This document shows positions 10,254 to 22,325 of a stretch of DNA of 40,814 bases, piece after piece (position 1 is the first letter of the stretch; each line of letters starts with the position of its first letter). Origin of the DNA: Moniliella sp. 'wahieum' (Eukaryota); contig RSEE01000029.1 of NCBI GenBank assembly GCA_003971905.1, positions 682,001-722,814 on the forward strand. The letters are read 5' to 3'. Under the pieces are notes generated by a model that saw only the letters and a list, made by a program, of their open reading frames with translations, made no database searches and was not told the DNA's origin. The position numbers and the translations under genes are program-made.

Positions 10254-13145
10254 ATGAGCGACGCGTCCGCTGCGCTGCAGCAGCTCCTCGCCATCGTCGA
10301 CGCCCAGGACGCCGCCTCGGTTGCCCGCGCATCCCACATCCTCGCCGCCCACAACACAACCTCCCGGCCGCCATCGATGCCTGGTTTGCCCCGGCGGCGG
10401 AGGCCGCCGTGCCCCTCGCGCTCCAGCCTGCGCCCCAACCAGCGCCTCAGCCCGCGCCCCAACCTGAGCAACCGCAACCGCAAGCGCACCCGCAACCGCA
10501 ACCCCCTCCCGCCGCGCTCTCCGCCCCCGCCCCTTCTCCCACCGACACGGTCTCGGCGCCCGAGACGGCTGGCGCCCTGCTTCCGCTCCACCCGGCTCCG
10601 GGCGACGACAAGCCCGGCCCCGGCAGTCTGCGTCGCTCGGCACGCCTCAGCCAGCCTCCTGGCCCGCAGCCAGGCCCCATCCCGGCCTCTTCGGCGCCCA
10701 CACACACCCGCACCTGCACCCGCACCCGCACCCGCACCCTCGCCTCCTGCGCCTGCGCCTGCGCTCTCCCCCGCCCCCTGCACCGCACCGGCCCGAGATT
10801 ATTGATCTGTCCGGCCCCGACCCCCTCCGGCCTATGCTGCGGCCAACGGCGGCGTCGACGACGACGACGCCTTGGCCCAGGCCCTCGCCGCCAGCCTTGC
10901 CGATGCCGAGGGCACCGCCCACCTCTCCGCTCCTCCGCCCCCCTCTGAGACCGAGCCTTCCGCCTCCTCGCCCTACTCCCGGCCACCCCCCTGCCTGTCC
11001 GGCCCGAGCGGCCGCTCCGGCCAGAAGTCTCCTCGGTCGCCTGGCGCGACCCTGCCCATCCCCCGGCCCTGGTCGCATCCCATTCGTTTTTCCAGCCGCT
11101 GGCAGCGCTGCTGCAGGCGCTGTACGCCGTGCCTTCCGTACGCCATCTCGTCCTCTCCATGCACCTCCCTCCCCTCCCATCCCTGTGGCAAACACCGAGG
11201 AGCTGGTGATCGATGTGCATGATATGTGGCGGGGCAAGCGCCCTGTTTGGTCCGCCCGCCCGCGCTCTGGACGGGACACTGCTATGCCTGATCTTCTCGG
11301 TCCGGAAACAGATGCCGAGCCCGGCCTGATACAGGACGATCCGCAACAACTTTCGCAACCGGTGGAAGCCTACATCACCGCCGAGGTTGCCAGGACCATC
11401 TCCGCGCCTGAGCTTGCTCTGCTGCGCAACACCCAAGTCCTGTTCGCCTACCTTTTCTCCACCCAACGGGCGTGGGTCCAAGTTCCCGATTCGTTGTTGG
11501 GACTGACAGAGGGGGATGTGGCGAGTCCTTGGAGTCGGCGGTGGGACCCCGTAGGTCAATCGGTCTGGAGCCTCTATGGCCGTTTGTCCCGCGCATTGGA
11601 CAAGTACGCGGAACTGGTGCAACGTGTCACAACCGATGCATCTACCGTCCCCTCCCCCACCGGGGCAGGAAATTCAAATTCGGCGGCTGGATCAGAACAC
11701 CAACCTCTTTGCTCTCTCCACCCGCCCGGCCGATGGGGAGGTAGACGACGCATCGGTTCTGGCAGTCGGTGTTACGGGTATCTCTGTCCCGCCTGTGTCG
11801 AACGAGATGGGGGAGGCAGCCAAGACGGTGGCCGAGTGGGCAACCCAACGGCCCATCTCCTATGCCCTGTACCAGTTCCTCCAGCGCAGCACTCGACGCC
11901 TCGTCACGCCCCCGCGGTTCTTGCCCTGTTTTCAGCCAGCAATGGGGTGGCAGGCATGGGTGCCAGTGGAGGCGGCGCCACGGCACGGCTGATCCCTTCG
12001 TTCGGATTGGCTTTGCTCGACGACCCACAAGAGGAGGAACGTAAGGCGATCGAATCGGATCTTCTGCCGCTCAGCGATGCGCCTGTTCCCCTGCCAGACC
12101 TGAGCGCTACTCCCGCCTCGTTTGTCTCGGAACCAGTACTGAACATTGGACCTCTTGCCCACCCCCATCGCCAGCCAGCCGCGAGGAGCGAGAGAAGCAC
12201 ATGGCCCAACTCGTCTCCCAGCTGGGAAACCTGCGCAAGTGGAAGACGGAAGATCCCAAGATCTTGCTTGACCAAGCCATCGCCTACTTTGAGCGCATTG
12301 CTGCTCCAGTCGGATCGGGCGCAGCTACAGTCGCGGCCGCCGCAGCTGGCACTCACACGTTGCCACCTGCTAGCCAAGTGGCCCGGGCAGAAGCCGCACA
12401 ACAAACGCTCCTCCACCTCCGAACCGCCGCCCGAGTTGGGTTCTTGAACGCGGTCGAGAAGCGACAGGCAGCGCTCGCGCGCGCCAAACAAGCTAGCGCT
12501 CACGAGGCCATGGAAGCAGCAAAGCAAGTGGCCCTAGACACGGTGGCGTGGCCTAGGTACCGTCTTGCCGCCCTGGTCGTACCGCGCGGGCCGGGCTTGT
12601 TCCCGCCCTCGGCATCGGCTGTCGTCCGCTTGCCCCCCTCTCCACCCACCTTGCCCAGCAGGGGCGAGTGGGCACACATCCGTCCCGCACTGGACCAAGT
12701 GGAGCAAGAAACGGATACGGCTGGCATCTCGGTGCTGTCGGATAACCAAGTCCCCGAGGCGGGCACAGCGGCCGTGCTGGCACTATACGAGATGGAAATG
12801 CCACCGCCGCAGGGAAGTTCGGAGGCTGCGACAACGCTGCCCGACACGGACGAGCGGGCTGGTACTGCGACGGTGACGGCTACTACGACGCCGCCTCTGG
12901 TCGCGGCCGTCGAACGGGCGACGGTGGCAGACAATGCGGGGATCATTGCGGCGCTAGCGGCGCAGCTGGGGCCATTGCCCGAGGAGGATGCGGCAACTGC
13001 AGCGGCGGCGGCGGCGGCGGCGGCGGCGGCAGTCGTAGCGGCCGCCCAACAGATGGGCCCGCCGACCTACCCGCCGCCCGAGGGCGAGCCCCCCGACGAT
13101 ATCGAGATGCGCGATGCGTCGCAGCCGTACAGCAGCTACAGCTAG
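10254..13145 (+). CDS. Rup1/Ucp6-like ubiquitin-binding protein (UBA-like + UIM + inactive USP-like region)
   Basis: N-terminal LQQLLAIV...ASHILAAHNNNLPAAIDAWFA (UBA-like, after one frameshift); UIM-like DDDDALAQALAASLAD at ~10857-10904; LAALLQALYAVPSVRHLV and LLRNTQVLFAYLFSTQRAWV resemble blocks in fungal Rup1-like proteins. Stop at 13145. Family call is from memory of motifs. Confidence 0.6.
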
Positions 13146-13491
13146 TCGAACGCGTCTTTTGGGGGCACCATTGCATATTGGAGGGCCTATTGAATGCGAG
13201 GGGTTATGGCAGAGGGAAGGGGGGCGATTGTGGCCGCTTCGGACTGGGATGTGCGATGGCCTCCTCGGATAGTTCTGTGGTGGGGGCGGGCGTAACGGGC
13301 TGTAGTATTCTAGAGAAACGGCGGGAACGACGATCAGGACGGGGGGGGGAAAGCATCGTTCATCCCAGGCTGGCCCCAGCGGTCTACGGCTGCGACCGAC
13401 TGCGGCTGGGAGGGACTGGCTTGGCTGTGCTGCTCCTCTGGTGGCCTCACCTAGAGCCCACAGCAATCGACCGCATGCGCGCTGATCTGTG

Positions 13492-13531
13492 GCCATTCCT
13501 CGCCATTCCTCGCCATTCCTCGCCATTCCTC
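13492..13531 (+). repeat. (GCCATTCCTC)x4 perfect tandem decamer upstream of GPD1
   Basis: Four exact copies read directly; each contains CATTCC. Confidence 0.97.
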
Positions 13532-14098
13532 TTGTACTGCTTCCAATTGCCAGAAAAGCCAGTCACAAGTCAGGTCCTCCGCCCCATCTCTGCCCCGCTC
13601 TGCCGCAATCAACAAAAAATCCCACACTGGCGCCGCTCCCCTCCAAAAAGGGGGGCAAAAGCGTATTTCGCTTCAAGCCAATACTCACAGCATCCCTTTT
13701 GTGCGGCCATCATTATAATCACACTCATGCCAGGAGCTGTCGCATGCCACATGGATTGGCGACTAGGCGGGGGCAAGTGTTAACGTTTAACTGCGGCGCA
13801 GGCGTAGGGACCCCTGGCTACTCAGCTGAGCCTCAGCACTCAGTGGACTCAGTTCTGCCCCGCCTCCGTCCCTTCCGACCGCCCGGGTGTCCGGGTGCGT
13901 GGCCCCGCTCGCTTCACTTGTCGCGTTTTCACCGCGTGGCATCGGAGTGACAACCAAGAGCGTGTACGTTTATGGTCCTGCTTCTGCGCAGCACCACCTG
14001 CTTCATTACACCCACTCTGTCTTTACGCCATAACACGTCCGTCGCCCCCCACCCCCCCCCCACTCAATCGCTTTTCCCGTCTCTTTTTCCCAGACATC

Positions 14099-15460
14099 AT
14101 GCCCTCTTCCCCAGCCCCGATTACCAACGCCGTCGCCCGCGTCTTCCAGCAAGACAAGCTTCTACGTGGCCCCGCCCCTCCGCCCCCACCAACGCGCAAC
14201 CTGGCCACCTCGGCCCTGGAGGCGGCACCCAAGGGCGCTCAATCCCCCTCTCATATTCCTTCCCCAGTCGCACAGGACGGGCCTCAGCCCGTTGACCTAG
14301 ACCATCCCCCTGTGCAGCATCGCGTGGCCATCATTGGCTCAGGCAACTGGGGCACAGCCATTGCCAGTGTTGTAGGCGACAATGTGCGGCGGTACGAGGT
14401 GGACTTTTCCCCCGTCGTGCCCATGTACGTCTTTGAAGAGAGGTACGCTACCGTCTCACCTCGCCCATTCCTTCCGTGTTTTGTTCTGCTCGAGGGATAC
14501 TGTGTTTTCTAACGGCACCTTGTATATACCATCAACAAAACAGTTCCATGGCCGTCCCTTGACGGAACTCATCAACGAGTTGCACGAAAACATCAAATAC
14601 CTTCCTGGGACCAAACTTTCCCCAGGCATCGTCGCTACTCCCAATGTAGTCGACGCAGCGGGGACGCCGACTTGCTCATCTTTGTTCTGCCCCACCAATT
14701 TACCCGGACGATCTGCAGCACATTGAAGGGCACGCTCAAGCCAGGTGCGCGTGCCATCTCGCTCATCAAGGGCCTCGACGTTTCGGAGGATGCCCACATT
14801 CGCGTGTTTCCCCAAGTGATCGAGGAATGCTGGGCATCCCCTGTTGTTCCTTGAGCGGGGCCAACATTGCCAACGAAGTCGCCGCAGGCAAATTCTCCGA
14901 AACGACAATTGGGTGTCAGCCGGGCGAATTGGAGACCACTGCGCGGCTCTTTCAAAAACTGTTTCACTGCGCTCACTTTCGCACCCAACTGATTGACGAC
15001 GTGATTGGTGTCAGCCTCGGGGGCGCACTGAAGAACGTGGTAGCCATCGCGGCGGGATTGTGGATGGGCTCGAATGGGGAAGCAACAGTAAGGCGGCTAT
15101 AATGCGGATTGGGTTGTTGGAGATGAAGCAGTTTGCCATGAGTTTTTCCCTGGGGTACGGGCGGAAACGTTTTTGGAATCGTCGGCGGGCGTGGCGGATT
15201 TGATCACCACGTGCTATGCCGGACGCAATAGGCTGTGTGCCGAGGCGTTTATTCGGTCGGGCAAAAGCTTTGACGTGTTGGAGAAGGAGTTGCTCAATGG
15301 CCAAAAGTTACAGGGCGTTCAGACCGCTCTTGAAGTTCACCATTTCCTTCGGCTTCGGAAGCGCGTGGAAGCCTTTCCGCTTTTTACCGAGATTTACGAA
15401 ATCGCGTTCAATGGTCGTCCAGCTTGGCTCTTGACAGAGAACCTGAACGGATGCCAATAA
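14099..15460 (+). CDS. GPD1: NAD-dependent glycerol-3-phosphate dehydrogenase
   Basis: [85 protein letters not shown]. Intron 14443-14543 (GTACGC...CTAAC...CAG). Possible extra 5' UTR intron 13964-14093. Confidence 0.96.
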
Positions 15461-15982
15461 GGCTGTTGGGCGGAGAGGAGAGGAAGACCCAGTTGAAATT
15501 CAAAAAGTGTGTGATCACAAGAGCACCGTATCCTCTCCCTCTCCCATTGGTGTTGCCCCCCCTCTGGCTACACCTTTCATCCCACATCCTCTGCACTTTT
15601 TGTCCCCGCCAAAAGACTGGGGGTAGTACCGTTTGTTTCTTCTGTGCGGGCTTGTCTTTCTTTGGTTCCAAGTTCTTCTTCTGTTTTCACGAGCCTGTCA
15701 TTCTCCCTCCCACGACTGCTTAAGGAACGCCATTCTGTGGTGTTCTGGTGCGCTGAAGAGTTACCACCCGTCCTCACATCACGACAAGACCGGGTTGGAA
15801 GAGCAGACTTATTAGCCTGCCTCCTACACTCTTCCCCTTCGTTTCTCTCTGTAACGCACTGTCACGTTTGTTCTCTCACCACCGACGCATCAACTGTGCG
15901 TTTTGACTGTCATATATATAGGTGGCAGGTTCGATCACGGCTCATGCTCTCTGCTGCACCTTCTTCCAACACCTGCTTGGAC

Positions 15983-16008
15983 GGGCGGTTGGGGGTTGGG
16001 GGTTGGGG
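15983..16008 (+). repeat. (TTGGGGG)-type short repeat / G-quadruplex consensus motif
   Basis: GGG-cggtt-GGGGG-tt-GGGGG-tt-GGGG: four G-tracts with short loops. Confidence 0.7.
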
Positions 16009-16170
16009 AGGCATTCATTTGAGATGTGAAGAGCAATTTGGCTTAGCGGCCTTTGCACCGCCAACACAAGCTCTATTATACTTGGCAGTAGGAACGGAGT
16101 AGTTTCACCATACCACAAGCTTTCAACGTAGGAGATAAGATGATACCTAAGGCTTGAAGCCACAACAACA

Positions 16171-16242
16171 GGGCGGATAGCTCAGGGGTAGAGCGCTTGC
16201 TTAGCATGCATGAGGTCCGGGGTTCAATTCCCTGTTCGTCCA
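16171..16242 (+). tRNA. tRNA-Ala (anticodon AGC), intronless
   Basis: Cloverleaf GGGCGGA/TTCGTCC with G3:U70 alanine identity pair; D-arm GCTC/GAGC; anticodon loop TTAGCAT; T-loop TTCAATT; T-run terminator immediately downstream. Confidence 0.96.
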
Positions 16243-16855
16243 AGTTTTTTGGTTTTTGTGGTTGTCAATATTCAATGCGGGAAAGGCAACGCGCAAGACT
16301 GTTGTTTTCCATGTGGATAACTTGATCGCTTACCAGGGACGCGATGCCGATCGCTAGTTGACGTTAAATGTTGACGACGTTGACGGGAGGAGTTGCGCTT
16401 GCCGGCTATGCGCAGCCCCCGCGACCTGCCCGCTTCAGTTCTGCATCAGTCTTTCTTTCAAGTAAGCTCCCCTGCTGATTCTGACGCCTCTCTCCTTTCC
16501 TTTTTCGTCGTGTTGGAAGAGTTGGTGGCTTAGCGCTTACCACGTTTGTGCTTCTCAACTGGCCCGAATCTCTGAATTAAGGTCTCGGAGTTTGAGTTCG
16601 AGTTCGCCAGCCGACCCGTAGGATCCCAAAGTGCTCCCCGAGTCGCATCACTAGCACCCTAGCAAGCGAAGTGGACAAGCTAGGGAATGTCTGCCCCTTT
16701 TGGGGCCAGCTCAAAATGTTCTTTTTTTTTGCGCAGAGCGGATGAGTTCTGCCCCGATCCAGATCGGGCCGACCCACAGGAAGTCGTCCGCGCCAGCCCG
16801 CACTTACCCGCACTTGCCCGAAATGGATTGGCAATGGGACTAGCGTTTGAATAAG

Positions 16856-16890
16856 CTAGTGACTAGTGACATGTGACATGTGACAAGCGA
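16856..16890 (+). repeat. Degenerate 7-bp tandem repeat (CTAGTGA)2(CATGTGA)2CAAGCGA
   Basis: Read directly; GTGAC recurs four times at 7-bp spacing. Confidence 0.85.
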
Positions 16891-17988
16891 ACCTGGTCTG
16901 TGTACTCGTCGGGATGAATGTCCAGGGCCACACTTTTAAAGTGGTTCGACGGCATGCCAGGCCTGTGACATGAGACACAAGTCGACGCATTTGATGCGTG
17001 ATGGGCGCGAGTACTTGCCACTGGAAGCAAGGAACAGGCATTGGTGAAAGCAGCTTCTCTCCAACAGCAGACAGGGCCTGCCAGGGCGGGGTACGGAAGG
17101 GTACGAACACGAACACGCCCCACGACGTGGAACGCCCATTGAGTACTGCGTATTGACACACCCACTTCCACTTCCACTTCACCCGGTCTCGGGGCAATGG
17201 GTGTTGGCTTAGAGCGATGATCGACGGGATGGATGCCAGAGCGCAGCTGGCCGGGGCGGGCGGCTGCCCTGGGCTGGCGCAGGCTGGCGCCGTGCACCGT
17301 GCCTGCGCAGCCACCGAATTGCTGCAACAGGCAGGTGGGCGGCTGCGATGCGGGGGGCACTGGCTGGCCCAGCTAGGGACAGTGCCCCCGCGCCCGACAT
17401 TTGGCCCAAACGCACAGGAAGCTTAAAGCGCAAGCGGCAGAATCGCGCCACGCTCCACGCGCCACGCCGCTCCCGATCGACGCGATGCATATGCATGATG
17501 CAGGAGTGCATCAGCCGGCTGGCATGCCCAGCACAGCGGCAGTGTCCCGCGCGAAAGAAGGGTGTGATAGTGGTGTGACGCATGGCGCCGGCAGCAGGGG
17601 ACTCTCTGTGAGTTCTGAGTGCGTCACGGCAGGCAGCACACCACACAGCGCTGGCGCTGGGCGATGTTGAATCGCTGCGTTTTTCCTGTTTGGGCGAGAG
17701 CAGCGTGTTGGCTTGTTTGTCTCCCCGGGCGTCGAGCGCCAGGCTTCAGCCGCTGCCTCTATCATCTACTGGCGTCCACCAGCTGTTCCCTCCCCACCTC
17801 CACCTCCACCTCTTCCACCTCCTCCACCTCCATCTTCTCCACCTCCACTCGTCGTCCCCCACGCGTCGTGCTGGCCACTGCGTACACTGGCCCGCGTGCT
17901 GCACGTTACTTGATCCCACCCACTGCAACTGCTGCACCCTGTCGCTGGCCGACGCACCCCAACGCCCCCACACCACCCCACCACCACC

Positions 17989-19137
17989 ATGTCTGCTACC
18001 GCTGCCGCCATGGGCTTCACCGCGTCCCAACTGCGGCGCCACCCCGCCAGCTTGCTCCCACGCATCGTGCACAACACGTCCCTCATGGACCTCATCAAGT
18101 GCCCCGTGTCCAAGGACATGGTTGTCTACCTCGCCCATCATGTCGCACATGTCATCCCCTGTGCCGAGGTGGACTCTGTCCTTCCTCCTTCCCTCGCCCT
18201 GCCCGGCGCCAACCCACTCGATGTGGCCCACGCCGACCCTGCGGTGCGTGCTGAGGTGGCTGGCCTTCCCAGTCTCGAGCTCTTCATCACCCGCCTCGTG
18301 GAACGGTCCAACGTCCAGGTCCCTACCCTGCTGTGCACCATCATCTACCTTGTCCGCCTCAAATCTCGCCTGCCTGGCGTCGCCAAGGGCATGCCCTGCA
18401 CCCGCCATCGCCTCTTCCTTGCGGCCTTGATCCTAGCAGCCAAGTACCTCAACGACTCGTCCCCCAAAACAAGCACTGGTGTCGGTATGCCGACCTTTTC
18501 TCACTCGCCGAGGTGAGCCTGATGGAGAAGCAGCTGCTGTACATTTTGGATTACGACCTGCGTATCGAAGAGTCTGAGCTGCTTTATCACTTTGCACCCT
18601 TTTTCCGCCATTTCGAACTCCCAGTCGATACGGGCCGGCGGGAAATGTACTTGCGCGGGGTGGATGCCGGGCGCGAAATGCACCGATACGCGCGGGCTTC
18701 AGAACGACGCGTGTACCTCCGTTCCTTACCCGCCGACGAGGTACCGTGCTGGAAGGAGAATGTCCCCCCAGCTTGCCTTCCTCAGCGAGTACCAGTGCCG
18801 CACGACACCCTGGCGCATCTATGGCCCGCGGCCAATCTTCCGGCAGCATCAACACAACTGCCTCTTCCCCTGACTTGGTTGATGACCATGCCAGTTCGTC
18901 CGGGGCATCGTCCATGTCGTCTCCAGCGGACGAAGCACTCGTGTCCCTAGCTCACCCACCAAGGCAAACCGGCCCTTGCCCCTTGCTTCCTCGGCCGCCC
19001 CGCTGGCGTCCAAACCAGATGCACCCCATCCCTACCCTCGGACGAGGTATACTCTGCCCTCCCTTACTGCCACTGCGCTTGCCCACCCGACCCTTCCACA
19101 TGCAAAGACGACGGCCTACCATGGCTACCGTCCATAA
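17989..19137 (+). CDS. Pho85/Cdk5-associated G1 cyclin, Pcl1/2 family
   Basis: [70 protein letters not shown]...[19 protein letters not shown] (one A missing at 18466-18469). Ser-rich tail; 3' end uncertain (18950-19140). Confidence 0.92.
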
Positions 19138-19525
19138 TCTTCCTCAATGCCCTGCCTGCTTTCTCGTGTCTTCATTTCTATTGTCTGTGTTTGCTCTATA
19201 CTCGCTCCCCCGTCACTCTCCCTCGCCTCGGCTTGTCTCCATCAATGTCATGATTATTCTTCTTGCATTTCTCTGCGGGTGTGCGCGTGCCTTGTGCGTT
19301 GGCTGGGCGCTTGCCCATATATTATCTTGGTCATCGGTAATTGGAAGATGGAACAATAGCATTGGCATGGAATCGGGCAGCCGCTTCCTTATCGTCCTTG
19401 GGGGACCTCGGGCAGGTGTTCGTTTCCTGCTTGTTGCGGCATAATCTTCTGTGGCAACGCTGGTCTGGATCCAACAAAACCAAGCAAGGAAATCTGAAAA
19501 AAAAAATTGGACGCCATAGTCGGCT

Positions 19526-19606
19526 CGAACGACGCAGGGGTCGAACCTGCAACCTCCTGATTACAACCAGTCGTAGTCAGACGCGCTACCACTGCGCCAG
19601 CCGTCC
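19526..19606 (-). tRNA. tRNA-Arg (anticodon ACG) with ~9-nt intron
   Basis: Minus strand: GGACGGC-TG-GCGC-AGTGGTA-GCGC-G-TCTGA-CTACGA-[CTGGTTGTA]-A-TCAGG-AGGTT-GCAGG-TTCGACC-CCTGC-GTCGTTC-G. Intron at the canonical 37/38 position; T-run terminator at 19497-19506. Confidence 0.95.
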
Positions 19607-20403
19607 AATGGTGGAGGTGGACGAGCTTTTCCATCTCCTTTGCGCATCATGGGGTAAGCCCCTGCAACACAGCTTCACGTGCTGATGGGCAATGTGTGGG
19701 GCCGATGTCAGAGCGGCCGGCGTCAGACACGTGTCCTGTTGGCCAGTGTCACATCATACAGCCCAAACCGCAGCCGCGTCGATCAGCTGCGGCGCCTCCT
19801 CTTGCGTCTGCTGCCAGGCCCTGCGTCGCCACAATCGGGCCAGGAAATGGGGGGAGGCCGCCAAGAGATCGGGGGGCGCGCGGCGCACACCCGCAAAAAA
19901 GGCCTGATGTTGACCAACTAGCAACTGGCCAGCAACGCCAGCGAAGAGCCGCAGGTGCTGCTCAACTGTGGCGACTCGGTAGTACTCAATGAATGACCGC
20001 TATGACCCGGTCGGCTCTGGCAATCTATTTTTGGGGCCCGGACACTCAGACAGATCAGATCGGCTGTCTTTTGTCCTGGCTTGCCCCCGGCCACTGTGGC
20101 GTCCATCAACGCGCGTTTTGTCCTGCTCTGTCTCATTGTGCAACACTAACCACCCCACTGTGCCTGCCCTGCCCACAGACTCCAACTTGGCTCTGACATC
20201 TGACACCCTTGCGACCGGGGTTTCAGCTGCTCGCGCATAGTATTTTGGGCAGTCGCATAAAAATACTCCCTCTCGCTGATGTCCATCCACTTAAACGCCC
20301 CCCTCTCTCTCGCCCCCCTTTGGAATCATCCCCAACCACCAGCCGAGTGCCCTGTCCCTCGTTTGCTCCCACCAGCACCCCCATTTCCCCCTGACTCCCC
20401 CTG

Positions 20404-22106
20404 ATGACGACGGCAAGTGCAGTTCGCTTTGCCAACGATCCTGATGTTCTCCACAAAAAGCTTCCTCCCACTCACGCCGCCGATATGGCGGTATCTCTCA
20501 GCATCCGCTCTCCCGAGGAACAGGGCGGCAGAGATGCTGATGGCAATCCGTCTGGGACAGATCTAAACGAACCAGAGGCTATTGCACGCCTTCAGGCCAA
20601 GCTTGTGGCATGCCCCGCCTCCCCTCCTTTCTGCGATACCTCCTCTCCCGAGCACTGTCTGCTTCCTGTCGGCTCGAGACTGATATGAGCGTATCCTTAT
20701 CCATTCGTCGGTTTAAGGCGTATCAGTGGACGCGGCAGGACAAGTTTAAGTACACAATCATGGCCGTCGTTGCCCTCTTTAGCTTGTATGTGATGGAGCG
20801 CCCTGGTTTCCCCTAAAGCTTTTTGCCTCTCCTTTACACCGTCGCCATCCTCATCCCTGCCACAAGCCAGTTCTTCCCGCATCTCCTATCTTCGCCTGGC
20901 TCATCCTCTTTTACTCGGCTCAGTTCATCCACCTTCGCAACGGCCCCATTTGGGTCTCGCTCTTGTCGACGTTGGAACGGGTATGGTACGGCGCAAGCAT
21001 TTCCGAACTGATGACCCGCCTTGGAACCCCATTCTTGACATTTGCGCCTGGATCCCGTACGGTCTGGTGCACTTTTGTGCACCCTTTTTTGTCGCAGCCT
21101 TCTTGTTCATCCTCGGGCCTCCAGCAAGCGTCAAATTTTTTGCTGCTGCCTTTGGCTTTCTCAACCTCATTGGCGTGATGGTACAGATCCTTCTGCCATG
21201 TGTCCCGCCCTGTATGTACCCCCCCCCCCTCCTGTTCCCTGCCTCTCAGCTGAATATGGCTGGAAACTAACCATCATCATGTGCATGCTTTTGCTCTAGG
21301 GTACGAGCTGCGCGATGGTCTTACGCCCGCCACACATGATATGAAGGGGTCACCGGCAGGGTTGGCCCGGATCGACCGGCTATTTGGAGGACATGGTTAC
21401 ACCAAAGCCTTACGAATGCGCCCGTGCCGTTCGGGGCGTTCCCTCGCTTCATGCCGGGTGTGCGACGATGGAGGCGTTGATGCTTTCGTACTTTTTCCCC
21501 GTTGGAATTACGCTCTACCACTCGGCCCACCGACACATTCGTCTGGACATGCGAATGGTCTATTGGCTCTACGCCGGCTGGCTGTACTGGTGCACCATGT
21601 ACCTGATGCACCATTTTCTCATTGACCTCGTGGCAGGCGGGTGCCTGGCAACCGCATGCTTCTACGTTTCCTCACGGACGAAATGCGCGACGCGATGGAA
21701 CTGCATTGGTACGCACCACGCACCTCGTCCCCCGCCCCGCTCAGCGCTGCCCGGGCCCACGTCGCCCCACCTCGGCCTTTGGCGTGCGGCGCGGCCCGCT
21801 CCCGCCGATCGAACACCAGACGACAGGTCTCTCTCGGTCAAATCCCTTGACCCCGAAGCCGGATCGCCCTTGCTCACCAACTACTCCAACGACTCGGCCA
21901 CGCACCACGATCCCGTCCCTCCTGCGGACTGGGATGCAGTAGAGATGCAGCCCTCACCTCTCCTGTCACAGCGGACTCCAGCGGGCATTATGTTGGTGGG
22001 GACTCGAAAAATTAGTAAGGAGATGCTTTTCCCCCTGCTATATATTCCTTCGGCGACCCCCTCGATTGCGCCTGCCAACGACCCCTCCTGCGCTGGACGG
22101 AAGTGA
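20404..22106 (+). CDS. AUR1: Inositol phosphorylceramide synthase catalytic subunit
   Basis: IPATSQFF; TLERVWYGASISELM; AWIPYGLVHFCAPF; PCVPPWYE (W split by intron 21212-21299); GSPAGLARIDRLFG; PVPFGAFPSLHAG; TMYLMHHFLIDLVAG (catalytic H, H, D). Stop may be earlier (~22015). Confidence 0.94.
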
Positions 22107-22276
22107 CACAGTCACGCTGAAAAGGGTGGGTGTGGGGATCTGATATAAAAGGTCCCCATGTGTGTGCCAGCTTCGGTCTCAGTCTGCCTTGGATCGGCTT
22201 TTGACCAGGCCCTTCTCACCTGTTTCTTTTCTTTTTCTTTTTCTTTCGCTTGCCTTGCCTCTCCTGTTCGTTGTAT

Positions 22277-22325
22277 ACGTTTCACGCTTTACGCTTACGC
22301 TTTACGCTTACGTTACGCGTCACGC
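22277..22325 (+). repeat. Degenerate (TTACGC/TTTACGC)n microsatellite downstream of AUR1
   Basis: ttcacgc tttacgc ttacgc tttacgc ttacg ttacgc gtcacgc read directly. Confidence 0.8.

Noticed and set aside
13492..13531. CRISPR-like array
   Set aside because: Contiguous 10-bp units without spacers, in a eukaryotic genome.
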